From positions 19,344,001-19,408,000 of the forward strand of contig NC_043016.1 in NCBI RefSeq assembly GCF_006345805.1: a DNA stretch of 64,000 nucleotides. Reading direction: 5' to 3'. Source of the DNA: Octopus sinensis (taxonomy: Eukaryota). Under the pieces are notes generated by a model. That model worked only from the letters and a program-made list of their open reading frames with translations. It had not been told where the DNA came from and did not search any database. The position numbers were made by a program, and so were the translations under genes. This document shows, one piece after another, positions 26,942-39,384 of this stretch (position 1 is the stretch's first letter; every line of letters starts with the position of its first letter).

Positions 26942-27343
26942 CTGGCAGACACGTTAGCACGCCGGGCGAAATGCTTAGCGGTATTCCGTCTGCCGTTACG
27001 TTCTGAGTTCAAATTCCGCCGAGGTCAACTTTCAGCCTTTCAGGGTCGATAAATAAAGTACCAGTTTCGCACTGGGGTCGATGTAATCGACTTCATCCTT
27101 TTGTCTGTCCTTGTTTGTCCTCTCTGTGTTTAGCCCCTTGTGGGTAGTAAAGAAATAGGTATTTCGTCTGCCGTTACGTTCTGATTTCAAATTCCGCCGA
27201 GGTCAACTTTCAGCCTTTCAGCCTTTCGGGGTCGATAAATAAAGTACCAGTTTCGCACTGGGGGCGATGTAATCGACTCAATCCCTTCGTCTGTCCTTGT
27301 TTGTCCCCTCTATGTTTAGCCCCTTGTGGGCAGTAAAGAAATA
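26942..27343 (+). mobile_element. SINE family B, dimer (one head + two body units)
   Basis: Head ctggcagacacgttagcacgccgggcgaaatgcttagc, B box GAGTTCAAATTCC. The second unit joins at aaagaaataggtatttcgtctg (about 27157). Confidence 0.88.
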
Positions 27344-27557
27344 TATATCTGTGTGTATATGAGTACGCGCGCGCGCGCAATGTGTATGGATCTTGGCGTG
27401 CATGTTGTCGAAAAAGACAAGAACAGGAAACATTTAAAAAGCAATATGTTTAAGTGAGGGGTTTTTTGTAGTTTCAGGTAATAAATAGTTTACAGAATGA
27501 TAGCTTACAAAAGATTTACTTCTTTGCACATTACTATCTAAATTTGATCAAGAAATT

Positions 27558-28232
27558 CCTATTTCTTTACTACCCTCAAGGGGCTAAACACAGAGGGGGA
27601 CAAACAAGGACAGACACACGGATTAAGTCGATTATATCAACTCCAGTGCGTAACTGGTACTTATTTAATCGACCCCGAAAGGATGAAAAGGCAAAGTCGA
27701 CCTCAGCGGAATTTGAACTCAGAGCGTAACGTCAGAACTCAGACGAAATACCTATTTCTTTACTACCCACAAGGTGCTAAACACAGAGGGGGACAAACAA
27801 GGACAGACACACGGATTAAGTCGATTACATCGACTCCAGTGCGTAACTGGTACTTATTTAATCGACCCCGAAAGGATGAAAAGGCAAAGTCGACCTCAGC
27901 GGAATTTGAACTCAGAGCGTAACGTCAGAACTCAGACGAAATACCTATTTCTTTACTACCCACAAGGGGCTAAACACAGAGGGGGACAAACAAGGACAGA
28001 CACACGGATTAAGTCGATTACATCGACTCCAGTGGGTAACTGGTACTTATTTAATCGACCCCGAAAGGATGAAAAGCAAAGTCGACCTCGGTGGAATTTG
28101 AACTCAGAACGTAGCGGCAGACGAAATACCGCCGAGCATTTCACCCAGCGTGCTAACGTTTCTGCCAGCTCGCCACCTTCTCAGACGAAATACCGCTAAA
28201 TATTTCGCCCGGCGTGCTAACGATTCTGCCAA
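27558..28232 (-). mobile_element. SINE family B, trimer (193-bp period) with a duplicated head
   Basis: Units start at 27558, 27751 and 27944. Extra head at 28181-28232. Confidence 0.88.
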
Positions 28233-28695
28233 TCAAATAATACTACCACCCCTTTCCGCACACTTCGCCTCTCCCAAAAAAATGTCTATTTAAAGCGTTT
28301 CCTTGTTTCTTGCATTTTCTAATGATACCTTGGTGACTAAATGCAAGAAATACTATGAAGACAGTTGTTCATTAAATTTTCATACTGGGAAGGACTGATG
28401 TGGTCTGTTTAATCCATAATATATAATCCTGCAGTTACTAAAGCTATTGTTACGAAGGAGAAATAATGTTGTTGATCATGTGACTAATTTGAAATATGCT
28501 GCACGTTTTTCTTTGTTGTGAGGTGAACAATTTGAAGTGGTAAAGGAACGCGCAGTGTCAGTTGGTGAGGTCAAAAATAAAAAACGAGGAGTGTGAAGTT
28601 TTTGATGTAAAGAACGCAGTGTGTGAAGTCCGTAACGAAAAGCACGCGGGGTGTGAAGATGGCAACGTAAACAAACAGTTAGAAGATAGCGTTAG

Positions 28696-29138
28696 GGATC
28701 TTTTCGGTTTGAACGGCAGTTTTTTTCTAGCGGTGTCATATGAAATTGTCACCCATAATTATGACCCTAGTATCGATCTATTGCATTTCAATCTATTTTA
28801 GGGTTAGGGTTAGTTAGGGTTAAGGTTATTTAGGGTTAGAGTCAGGGGGAAGGGTATCTTTTTTTCTTCACAAATGTAAATAAACCCAATCTGTTTCTTA
28901 AACGAGGGACATTTTCATACGGCACAGAATGTTTTCACCTCAATAGACGTCATTGATTGGTTGAAATTGCTGAAATTGAAGAAGAAAACAACAAATATCT
29001 TACAAACTATAGAATTTTCTCAGTAAAGCCAAGAGAAAAGGATGTTTTATAAACACATTCTACCAGTATACGAAGTTTAAAAGTGTTTAGTTACGTGGAA
29101 ATTATTTAAAAAAACTGCCGTTCAAACCGAAAAGATAC
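28696..29138 (+). mobile_element. hAT-type MITE with a degenerate TTAGGG tract
   Basis: TIRs as above. 8-bp flanks agcgttag / agcgtaag. Confidence 0.88.
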
Positions 29139-29369
29139 AGCGTAAGTTGGCTACGAAGATAGTGTGAAGATGGCAAGGTAATCAGTCAGCGTCAAGTTGG
29201 CTACGAAGACAGTCGGTGTAAAGCTGCGATGTGACCAGTCGAAGCGAATCTGAGCGGCGTAGAAGCATATTACACAAGTCATTCAATCAGGTACGACAAC
29301 ATCTTCCACTCTAAGCAAGTTGGCTTGCTGGGCTGGCCTGCAGTTTCCAAGCTACTGACTAGACTGTTG

Positions 29370-30262
29370 GGTGCAAGTGAGATGTTGCACAGATCTGGTG
29401 GAAGACAAGAAAAATGTTCAGCAAATTGTGGAAAATGCAATTCAAGATAAAGATTTGGCCAAACACGTTTCTACACAAAAAATGAACAGATCATCCGTTT
29501 ACTTGATGACTTGATGGAAGATGTTGGCAAAGCGACCAGAAAAGATGTAGATGATGTGAAATCTCCTCTCAATGTCAGGATTGTAAAACTAAATAAAAGG
29601 TCCACTTCTTTGAAATGGAACGTTCTGAGAGAGAAATTGATATGAAAGGGTGTCAGGGAGATGTTGAGTCAGAATTACAAAATGTCCATCAAAACTTTGT
29701 AGAGAAGAATAAATCTCTCAAAGAAGTCAAAGAGAAGCTTGCACCGTGTTTAAAAGAAGCGTTTAAATCTAAAGGTGTTACTGAGAGGAAGCTTGACAAA
29801 TTTGAACCTCAGCAGGAACATGATGGGGAAAACTTGGACCAGAAAACAGATCTTTTAATGAAAGAAAATGAAAAAACTAAAGGAGCAAGCGTCTTCACTG
29901 AACAGTGACAACAGCCGACTGGCAGAAAATAAAATTTCAGTTGATCCAGGAAATTAACGAACTAAAGGTGAATATGTTACAGGCAAACAATGAACGGGAT
30001 GAGATACAGCGCAGCCTGCGTAAAAGCATTGCTGTTATGAAAGAGGAAATGTCTTTCAACTCACAAGATTTTTTAATTGAAACTGCAGAGTTTTGAAGAT
30101 GGAAATCATCACACTATGGTAGAATTAAAGAAGCTTCTCAATTCAAAGAAAATAATTAGCAAAAGATGGAAAGAAGAATGCAGTAGCAATCTCGAAGAAA
30201 TACGATGAGAAAATAGCTCAAATTCAATCTGAGATGAAGTTACAAAATTCGCAATTCTAAAC
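29370..30262 (+). pseudogene. SCLT1: Intronless, frameshifted SCLT1-like (sodium channel and clathrin linker 1) coiled-coil retrocopy
   Basis: Stitched translation: NVQQIVENAIQDKDLAK...LMEDVGKATRKDVDDVK...VESELQNVHQ...KFQLIQEINELK...IAVMKEEMSFNSQDF...EDGNHHTMVELKKLLNSKKIISKRWKEECVAISKKYDEKIAQIQSEM. This is collinear with my recollection of the SCLT1 C-terminal half (DATIRTKKEV..., EDSNRNSIVELRHLLATQQKAANRWKEE). About six frameshifts, no introns. Needs BLASTX confirmation. Confidence 0.7.
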
Positions 30263-30600
30263 TGTATGTATGTATGTATGTATGTATGTATGTATGTATG
30301 TATGTATGTATGTATGCATGTATTATGCATGTATGCATGTATGCATGCATGTATGTAAATATGCATGTATGTATGTATGTATGTATGTATGCATGCATGC
30401 ATGCATGTATGCATATATGTATGTATGCACGTATGCATGCATGTATACATGTATGCATATATGCATGTATGTATGCATGTATGTATGTATGCATGTATAT
30501 ATGCATGCATGTATATATGTATGTATGTATGCATGTATGCATGTATGTATGTATGCATGTATGCATGTATGTATGTATGTATGTATGTGTGTATGTATGT
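30263..30600. repeat. (TATG)/(CATG) microsatellite
   Basis: Directly visible. Confidence 0.97.
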
Positions 30601-30862
30601 AGATTAGTGAAGAATTCTAGGTATTTTTTAGCAAGATCCAAGGTTATGGTTTATCACAATTCTATATTGTGATTCCGTGGATGGGCTCCAGGTAAACTGG
30701 TTTTACACAGAGTGATATATAAAAATTGAGAAAGATCCCAATTGATGAATAGACTACAGTAATGTACCTATAATGACTACTGGAAACAGCTGTAAGGCCA
30801 AATTTATTTTTAATAAATAAAATATGTAATGATCATGTTTTAAAATTTGTTTAAATATATAT

Positions 30863-31772
30863 ACTAGCTGACGTACCCGGTAATTCCTGGGAAAGCGGGG
30901 CTTATCCCTTGGTTCCGTTCTCATAACTGTTTCGCTAACCCAATAACAACAATACAAAGTATGTAGCCCTTAAAACGGTTTTTGTGCATTTACAGGGAAT
31001 ACCGAACTGTCTTACACAGGATCTTGTTTTAGGAATTCCCATTAAGTCGTGAATACGCAAATTGTGAAGTAAGTTATGTAATAACATAAAATTAGTTATC
31101 CGGTACTAAGAATTCAAATAGAGAGTCCCGAAAAGAGTTTTAGTACTACCCAGCGTATAGAGAACATAGAAGGAAATACTAATAAGGTATGTATACTAAA
31201 ATCGTGAAGCATGTTACAGGCTTATCAGATATGAGATGATAACAATTTAAAGTAAACAACTCTAAAAAAAAAGCTTTTGTGCGTAGCAGAGAATATTACC
31301 CTCAGGGGCGCTAGTGTTGGTATATTCGTGAATGAGTCACTTACCGAAATAATTGGATCTATTGTTTAAGAAAATACTATTTACCTTTTTAAGGGTTTAC
31401 TGGATAAATTGCGAAAATAGCTTTAACAGTTCAAATGCTAAGAAATAAGCATACTCAATTTCATTTTTACCAAATAATTTAGGGAAATGAATGGGTTATT
31501 ACCCTTGGCTATATATAACGATCTCTTCAAGAGGGCGAATGGGTTGTTTCCATTGGGTTTTAGACTAAAATATATAATATATATATAAGGATCCCTTCCA
31601 GGGGCCCTATTATCGATTTTCTTTCAACAATCTGAGTATGCCATGAGGTTTCCAGACATGAGTTCTATTCACGTGTCAAGTTTCATCAAAATCGATAAAA
31701 CGATGTAGGAGGAGTTAGCTAATAATGCCACAAACACACCCACAGACAGTATTTCCCATATATGTAGTAGAT
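30863..31772 (+). mobile_element. HINE/DINE-1-like element (second family)
   Basis: 5' ACTAGCTGACGTACCCGGTAATTCCTGGG, subterminal aagtttcatcaaaatcgat..., 3' acagacagtatttcccatatatgtagtagat. Confidence 0.6.
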
Positions 31773-31775
31773 ATT

Positions 31776-32245
<470 letters not shown>

Positions 32246-33197
32246 TTAGGACTTCCAACTAATCCTTGTACGATTTTATTTACTTAATTTAGTTGCTTTT
32301 AAGTATGGGATTTGGCTGGAATAATTAGACTTCCATTTTATCATTTGGTGTTTCTCCCTTTCAACATTTTAGTGCTTTTATCTTATTCTCTTCTTTTTTT
32401 CTCTCTTTTGTCTTTTCAAAATTATTACAAGAGCTTCAACACACGTTTTTATTGTTGTTTTGTTTATTTCTTCTGCTCCATTGCCTCGAATCAAGCAAGT
32501 TAGTGAAAATTGAATTAAAGTAATCTGGCTACTGATAGTATTTTCCTTCATAGAGAAAGGCTCACCCGATATCGTTTGTGAATTGTACAATTTCTATAAG
32601 AGAGAGAGAGTGGGAGTGTGTGTGACAGACGCAGACAAACAGACTGATAGACAGACAGACAAACAGGGAGAGAGGGAGAGAGAGAGGGGTAGTGACCTGT
32701 TACAAGTTAATCGATCATGGTCACTTCTAAAAATATCAGCATTATAACTGTTATTGCATTTGATAGCTCAGAGATCCACAGCATATTAGACACAGTCAAA
32801 TTTCAGCATCGTATATTCAGGGAAAAGATTTGTAGTGCATTCAAGTATGTAGTGTAGATCCAACTTCGAAGAGAGGACCCAGGATGATTTTGGGAGACTT
32901 CTTTTGGGAAGAAAATGCTTCTTATATGTCATCAAATATGGTAAATTGTTTTATGATAAAAAAGAAAAATTCCAAAATAGGTTTTAAATCTTATATCCTG
33001 ATGAAAGTGCATGTATCCTATCAATACTGGACAGTCTCTGATCTTCCTTGAACTGAGATATCCCATCACAGAAGTAGTTGTGATCACAAAAATTTATTGA
33101 TAGAATGAACGCTCCATCCACAGTTATATGAAGATTCTAGTTAAGATTTCTTGCAATTTCTCTAACCAGATTAGCTAATCTCATAATTATTTTCAGT

Positions 33198-34465
33198 TAA
33201 AACTTAGATAAAACTTAGATATGTTTCGACCAGAGATTGGTCCAGGCCATGTCTAACTTAATAGCACCACCTGATAGGATTATTCGAATCCTGTTTAAGT
33301 CAAGTTTTGTTCAAGTAGTGAGTCCCTGTTGGGTGAGTTGTATCCAGTTTTGTTCAAGTAGTGAGTTCTTGTTGGGTGAGTTGTATCCAATTATGGGTGG
33401 CTTATCTGGTATTCTTTGAAGGAATCTATCCAGACTCTGTTTGAAGTTGATGGGATCCTTTTCCTCTTTGATCTCCCTCAGGACAATGTTAAATAGGGCA
33501 GGGCCTGTTGAGGAAAAGAAATTATGTTGCAGTGTACATGTATGTTGTGATCTTGAATTTGGCAGGGGACGTATAGCCCGTGGTCCAAGTCTCGGATGAA
33601 CCTTGAAGCTAATGTTTAGGTCGTTTGGGCAAAGTTGGCGGTATATTTTCCACATCGTACAAATGATGTACCGCTCACGGCGACACTGGAGGGAGTAAAG
33701 TTTCAAGGCTTTAAGGCGATCCCAATAGTCGAGAGCAGCCATGCCTTCAATTTGTTTAGTGAGAGCCCTCTGGGGTGACTCAATTCTGGAGATGTTTTGT
33801 CTTGTGTGAGGAGACCACAGTGGGCAGCAGTATTCAAGGTGTGGCCGTACAAAGGATGAAAAAAGTGGTATGATGACACCTTGTTCTCTGGACCGGAAAG
33901 TTCTTAGATCCAGGAACTCATCCTACGAACTGTATCGACCTTCTTGTTGATGTGTGCACTCCAACTGAGATCGTCATCAACAATTACACCCAGGTCTCTG
34001 ATATTGTTAGAGGCTGTGAGCGGTTCCCCTGAAGGAAGAGAGTATGGTTGTTTTAGTGAGGAATTTCTTCCAAAATGCATCAGCTCAAATTTTCCCTCAT
34101 TCAGTTGCATTTTGTTTCTGTCTGCCCATTGACTCACAGCATATAGGTCAGACTGGAGTTGAGTTCGGTCTGCTTCTTCATTGACGATTTGCTGGAGCTT
34201 AGTGTCATCAGCGAATATTTTCACTTTGCAGTGATGTACGACACTGGAAAGGTCGTTTACATAAATTATGAAGAGTAGCGGACCCAAAACAGTTCCCTGG
34301 GGAACACCGCTGGTGACTTTTGCTGGGTTTGAGTGGACTCCATCAACTACAACATGTTGTGTTCTATTCGCTAGGAAATACTGAATCCAGTGTAGAACTT
34401 TTCCACGGATTCCAACATTTGCCAATTTTGAGAGTAGGATGTTATGGTCTACCCTGTCGAACGCT
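33198..34465 (-). mobile_element. 5'-truncated CR1-group LINE (RT C-half and 3' end), relatively young
   Basis: AFDRVDHN, SGVPQGTVLGPLLFIIYVNDL, KIFADDTKL, RPHLEYCCPLWSP, YSLQCRRERY. One frameshift near 33905. Tail (TCTAAGTTTTA)2. 43-bp tandem duplication at 33304-33389. Confidence 0.92.
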
Positions 34466-34504
34466 ATAAGTTATAAGTTATTCTAGTGACTTTTTTTTTT
34501 TGCA

Positions 34505-34642
34505 AGGTTACTTCAGATTTCTGTGCAGTTGATCTATCAGAATGTTGAATACATTTTCTTTCACAGTGCTTTAATTTTAAGTGTTGTTTCAAATCAGACT
34601 TCAATTTGTCTGGATAGTTTGGATTTATACAGACATTTTGCA
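34505..34642. repeat. 138-bp segment, exact inverted copy of 36142-36279
   Basis: Both translate to the identical peptide VQLIYQNVEYIFFHSALILSVVSNQTSICLDSLDLYRHFA on opposite strands. Confidence 0.9.
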
Positions 34643-37374
34643 AGTATGGTGATGTGGTTAAAAAGTTTGTTTTTCAATCACATTGTTTCAAGTTCAGTCC
34701 CATTTTGGGTAAATGTTTTTTTTTACCTATAGTCTTGGGTCAACTGAAATTTTGTAAGTGGATTTGGTAGATGGAAACTAAACAAATCATGTCACTTGCA
34801 TCTCCTTGTCTTGTTATCATGTGATAGTGGTAGGCATGTGTCACATCATTCAAGTTAAATCATTTGTTTCAAATCTTTTGTGTAAAGATGACAGGTCATA
34901 GGAAAATATTACGTTTTCTTGGAAGCAGCTAAGGGTTGGTGACAGGAAAAGTACCAGGGCATAGAAAAGTCTGCCCCCAACGAATGCTGACTGACCCATT
35001 CAAGCATGGAAAAGTGGATGTTAAAGCAATGACAATGATGATGACCATCGATCAATCATTATTGTTATGCAGAACTTTACTTTGTGAAAAAGAGTCAATA
35101 TATATATTTCATCAATTGAAGATATAAATTTGAGGAATTACCTGAATATTCACAAATTTGAGTAATCTTTTCCTTTCTCTTTTCTCTTCTTTCTAATTCT
35201 AAGTTCTTAAAGTCAACAATTTATTAGGCTGATTCTAAATTAGTCTTGGTTTTTGCCCTGATTATAACTTCAAATTGTGTCTAGTAGTGGAGTACTGATT
35301 TAGGAGTTCTGGGTTTTTGAAGAGTATGGAGCTACCTCTTAGCACTGGTGTTACCATTTCTATTCTGATCCAGAGCAGCAGCATCCATCAGGTTCCCAGC
35401 TAAAGATTAATGGACGAATTAGTAAGGTTTATGGAGCTTGGTAGCTAGTGGGCGCAGCAACCCATCTAGACAGAGGAAAACCGATTCAAACCTTTGCAGT
35501 AAGACTGCAGCCATACCGAGTCATATGAAAGACTTTTGGTGGAAACCCTGAAGAAAAGTCTGCAGTTGGAGCCCCTAAGGCAGCTCAACATTTTCTATAA
35601 CTTCATTTTGGCAACTCTTGTGATAATGCTGGAGTCAAATTGCACCAGTTGTGCTGTTCCTTTTGGATCCAACAGTGATTTGGAGATGGGGAAAAGCAAC
35701 AACCTGTTCTCTATACCATAATACACAGGCTTGGATCCTATTAAACACCCTTTATGGAAGAGAAGGAGCCTTCAACAGCATTGGTACAGCCCACAAATGT
35801 GGCTTGTTTGGCAGTGGGGTATCATTCATGCATTGGTCTGTTCAGATACAAATGATGCTATTCAATGGGGTGGACATTAGGGACCTTTACCCATGGTCAT
35901 TAATGACAGACGAAGGCCTGAGACTTAGTTTTTTTTTTCTTTTACCAGAAATCATATAATATTGATAATCCAATCTTTAACTGTGAGAATTGATTATAAA
36001 TATGCAAGAATCAACTTTTCTGTGTATATACAATTCTAATGCCTGCAAATATTGAAGTATACCTGATACATCAAATAAGGTATATATATTATTTGAATGG
36101 TAGTCATCATGGATTTCAAAACGGATAACATCCTTAATACCTGCAAAATGTCTGTATAAATCCAAACTATCCAGACAAATTGAAGTCTGATTTGAAACAA
36201 CACTTAAAATTAAAGCACTGTGAAAGAAAATGTATTCAACATTCTGATAGATCAACTGCACAGAAATCTGAAGTAACCTCACAAAAAAGGCATAGATAGA
36301 TGGTTGTTTAATGGCATTTTCCAACAAGTCAACATAGTATGTAATGTAAACATGTTGTGTAAACAGTGAAACATCATCACTCTCTTTCCAAATTCCGCTG
36401 CATTTCACATGAAATTTTGGTCATCCAAAGTCATCTTGGTGTAATAAGTCAACCTAGCATCTTTGGGCTGTAAATTTTGACTTGAAAAATTCGACGTGTA
36501 TACTGGAAAATACAGTATAATTTCTCTGTTACTTAAACTTTTTTTTTTTATCTGCTTCAGTATCAGTTGATGATTTTTAACAATCATTTGATAAAATCTA
36601 AAAGTTATCTGGCAAAACATTTTCAATGATTGCATTTCCCTTTGATAAGAATTCATCTTTGATGTACATGAGGCTAGGAGATTATGTTTCCTCTTCAATA
36701 TTAGTCAGATCAGAAATTCAAAATTACTATTGATGACTACATTTGATTTTGCAGATTCTTCAGTGATGAATGGAATAAAATAGTTCAATTCATTATCCAA
36801 TAATCTTGCTTGGCATGACTTTGATAGGTTCTACATTATATATATTTCTTTGATAGGACAGTCAACTTCAGAAAAACAGCCAATCAAAATCCACCAGGCT
36901 TTGCCATTAATTCCATTGGCTGGAAGAAAAGTTCCCCATATTCCAACATATAAAAATCAACATCCAAGAGTTTCTTTTTTTTTTCTTTTCTTTTTTTTTT
37001 TGGTGTTGCCCAAAAGTTTGGAAAAATACTATATAAAGCGGAAATTACAACTCGTAATAAATGGGACTCATTTTTACGGATTCTAACTTTTTTGTAGCAG
37101 ACCGTATGCATATGAAACTGTAATGCTGCGAAACTGCTGAAAATAAAATAACAATGTTATTATGTTTGCAATAGTGCAGCTAGAAAGGGTGTTGCCCAGG
37201 CAACTGGGGCAACACACCTGCATCCGCCACTGGACAGGCATGAGGAAATTTTTGTGTATGTGTACGTGCATTTGTGAATGCGTGCATGTGTGTGTGTGTG
37301 TATCAGAGCACCCATATCTGTTCAATACTTTATCAACTGCTCCAACATAATCAGGACCAACATTCCATTCCAAG

Positions 37375-37920
37375 ACTGGGGGGAATTCTTAGAAGTAGTA
37401 GACAACTTCTCTTACTTAGGTGACCAAGTTAGTAGTGGGGGGGGGAGGTTGTTCTGAAAACATAGCTACAAGAATAAGAATAGGCTGGAAGAAGTTCAGA
37501 GAGATAATACCTATTTCTTTACTACCCACAAGGGGCTAAACACAGAGGAGACAAACAAGGACAGACAAAGGGATTAAGTCGATTACATCAACCCCAGTGT
37601 GTAACTGGTACTTAATTTATTGACCCCGAAAGGAAGAAAGGTAAAGTCGACCTCGGCAGAATTTGAACTCAGAACGTAACAGCAGACGAAATACCGCTAA
37701 GCATTTCGCCCGGCATGCTAACATTTCTGCCAGCTCGCGGCCTTATCAGAGAGATAATACCTCTGTTAGTTACAAAGAGTTTCTCCCTCAGAGTGAAAAA
37801 TAGATTGTATGATGCCTGTGTACGATCAGCTATGCTACATGCAATGAGACATGGGCTGTGACAACTGAGGGATGCGAAGACTTGAAACAGATGAACTCAG
37901 CATGCTCTGCTGGATGGCGT
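37375..37920 (+). mobile_element. RTE-clade LINE fragment split by a SINE B insertion
   Basis: EVVDNFSYLGDQVSSGG.CSENIATRIRIGWKKFRE|IIPLLVTKSFSLRVKNRLYDACVRSAMLH..ETWAVT. Confidence 0.85.
37513..37745 (-). mobile_element. SINE family B monomer with a 17-bp TSD
   Basis: TSD tcagagagataatacct at 37496-37512 and 37746-37762. Confidence 0.92.
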
Positions 37921-37987
37921 CATTTCCATAAACCAAATCGATCTCCATGTTCAACTCACACTTAACAATACGTTGTAAATATATATA

Positions 37988-38784
37988 ACTAGCAGTATCG
38001 CCCGGCGTTGCTCGGGTTTGTAAGGGAAATAACTATATAAACATAGGCGCAGGAGTGGCTGTGTGGTAAGTAGCTTGCTAACCAACCACATGGTTCCGGG
38101 TTCAGTCCCACTGCGTGGCATCTTGGGCAAGTGTCTTCTGCTATAGCCCCGGGCCGACCAATGCCTTGTGAGTGGATTTGGTAGACGGAAACTGAAAGAA
38201 GCCTGTCGTATATATGTATATATATATATATGTATGTGTGTGTTTGTGTGTCTGTGCTTGTCCCCCTAGCATTGCTTGACAACAGATGCTGGTGTGTTTA
38301 CATCCCCGTCACTTAGCGGTTCGGCAAAAGAGACCGATAGAATAAGTACTGGGCTTACAAAGAATAAGCCCCGGGGTCGATTTGCTCGACTAAAAGGTGG
38401 TGCTCCAGCATGGCCGCAGTCAAATGACTGAAACAAGTAAAAGAGTAAAAGAGTAAAAGAGTATACCAAAAAATAGCAAAAAAATGCATTAAAAATTGGA
38501 AAAAAAATTATGGTAAATTTTTTTTTAAATCGTTGACTCATCGTAGACATTTTTAGAGAGTTACTTCCCTTAGCGAAAAAATGCATTAAAATGGAAAAAA
38601 TGATGGTAAATTATTTTTAAATCGTAGACTCATTGTAGACGCACGCTAATACCCAGAAGGGCTCGATATGAATCACAACTATAAGATACCCACTTTTGGT
38701 TACACTGCACCGCAAAATGTGGGAGTAGTTAGGAATCTAAATCGCAGGAGACAGACACACAACTTCTCTTTTATATATAAAGAT
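37988..38784 (+). mobile_element. HINE/DINE-1-like element containing a nested SINE A (38045-38463)
   Basis: 5' ACTAGCAGTATCGCCCGGCGTTGCTCGGG, 3' acagacacacaacttctcttttatatataaagat. Confidence 0.72.
38045..38463 (+). mobile_element. SINE family A, full length
   Basis: Family A head, body and (aagagta)n tail. Confidence 0.92.
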
Positions 38785-39135
38785 GATAAAGAATCTGGAG
38801 ACAGGTACGTCCTCAAAATTTATTTCGTTTTATTATACAATTTCATACAGCAAAGTTTTATGGTTACAACGACCTATATGTGTTTCCACTGCACAAAGTA
38901 TGAGCAGTTGTATATACAACCAGGCATAATTTTCTTTGCTATTCCATTCAGGATCTTTCAACCAGCTTGGCTCAAAGTGAACTCAAGGAGTTTACAAGTG
39001 TGAGTGACAACCCTTAGTAGTCATGGACATTAAATATTAAACAGTGCAGTTAGCCATAAACTGGAACATAACTAAGAGCTACCACAGTATCTGCCCACAT
39101 AATATATCCCTCTAAACTCACATAAACATATTACT

Positions 39136-39375
39136 CTTTACTCTTTTACTTGTTTCAGTCATTTGACTATGGCCATGCTGGAGCACTGCCTTTAGTTGAG
39201 CAAATCAACCCCAGGACTTATTCTTTGTAAGCCTAGTACTTATTCTATCGGTCTCTTTTGCTGAACCACTAAGTTACGGGGTCGTAAACACACCAGCATC
39301 TGTTGTCAAACAATGTTGGGGAGGAGACAAACACAGACACACAAACATATACACACACACACACACATATATGTA
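39136..39375 (-). mobile_element. SINE family A 3' half
   Basis: Reverse complement of the family A tail and body. Confidence 0.85.
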
Positions 39376-39384
39376 TATATATAT

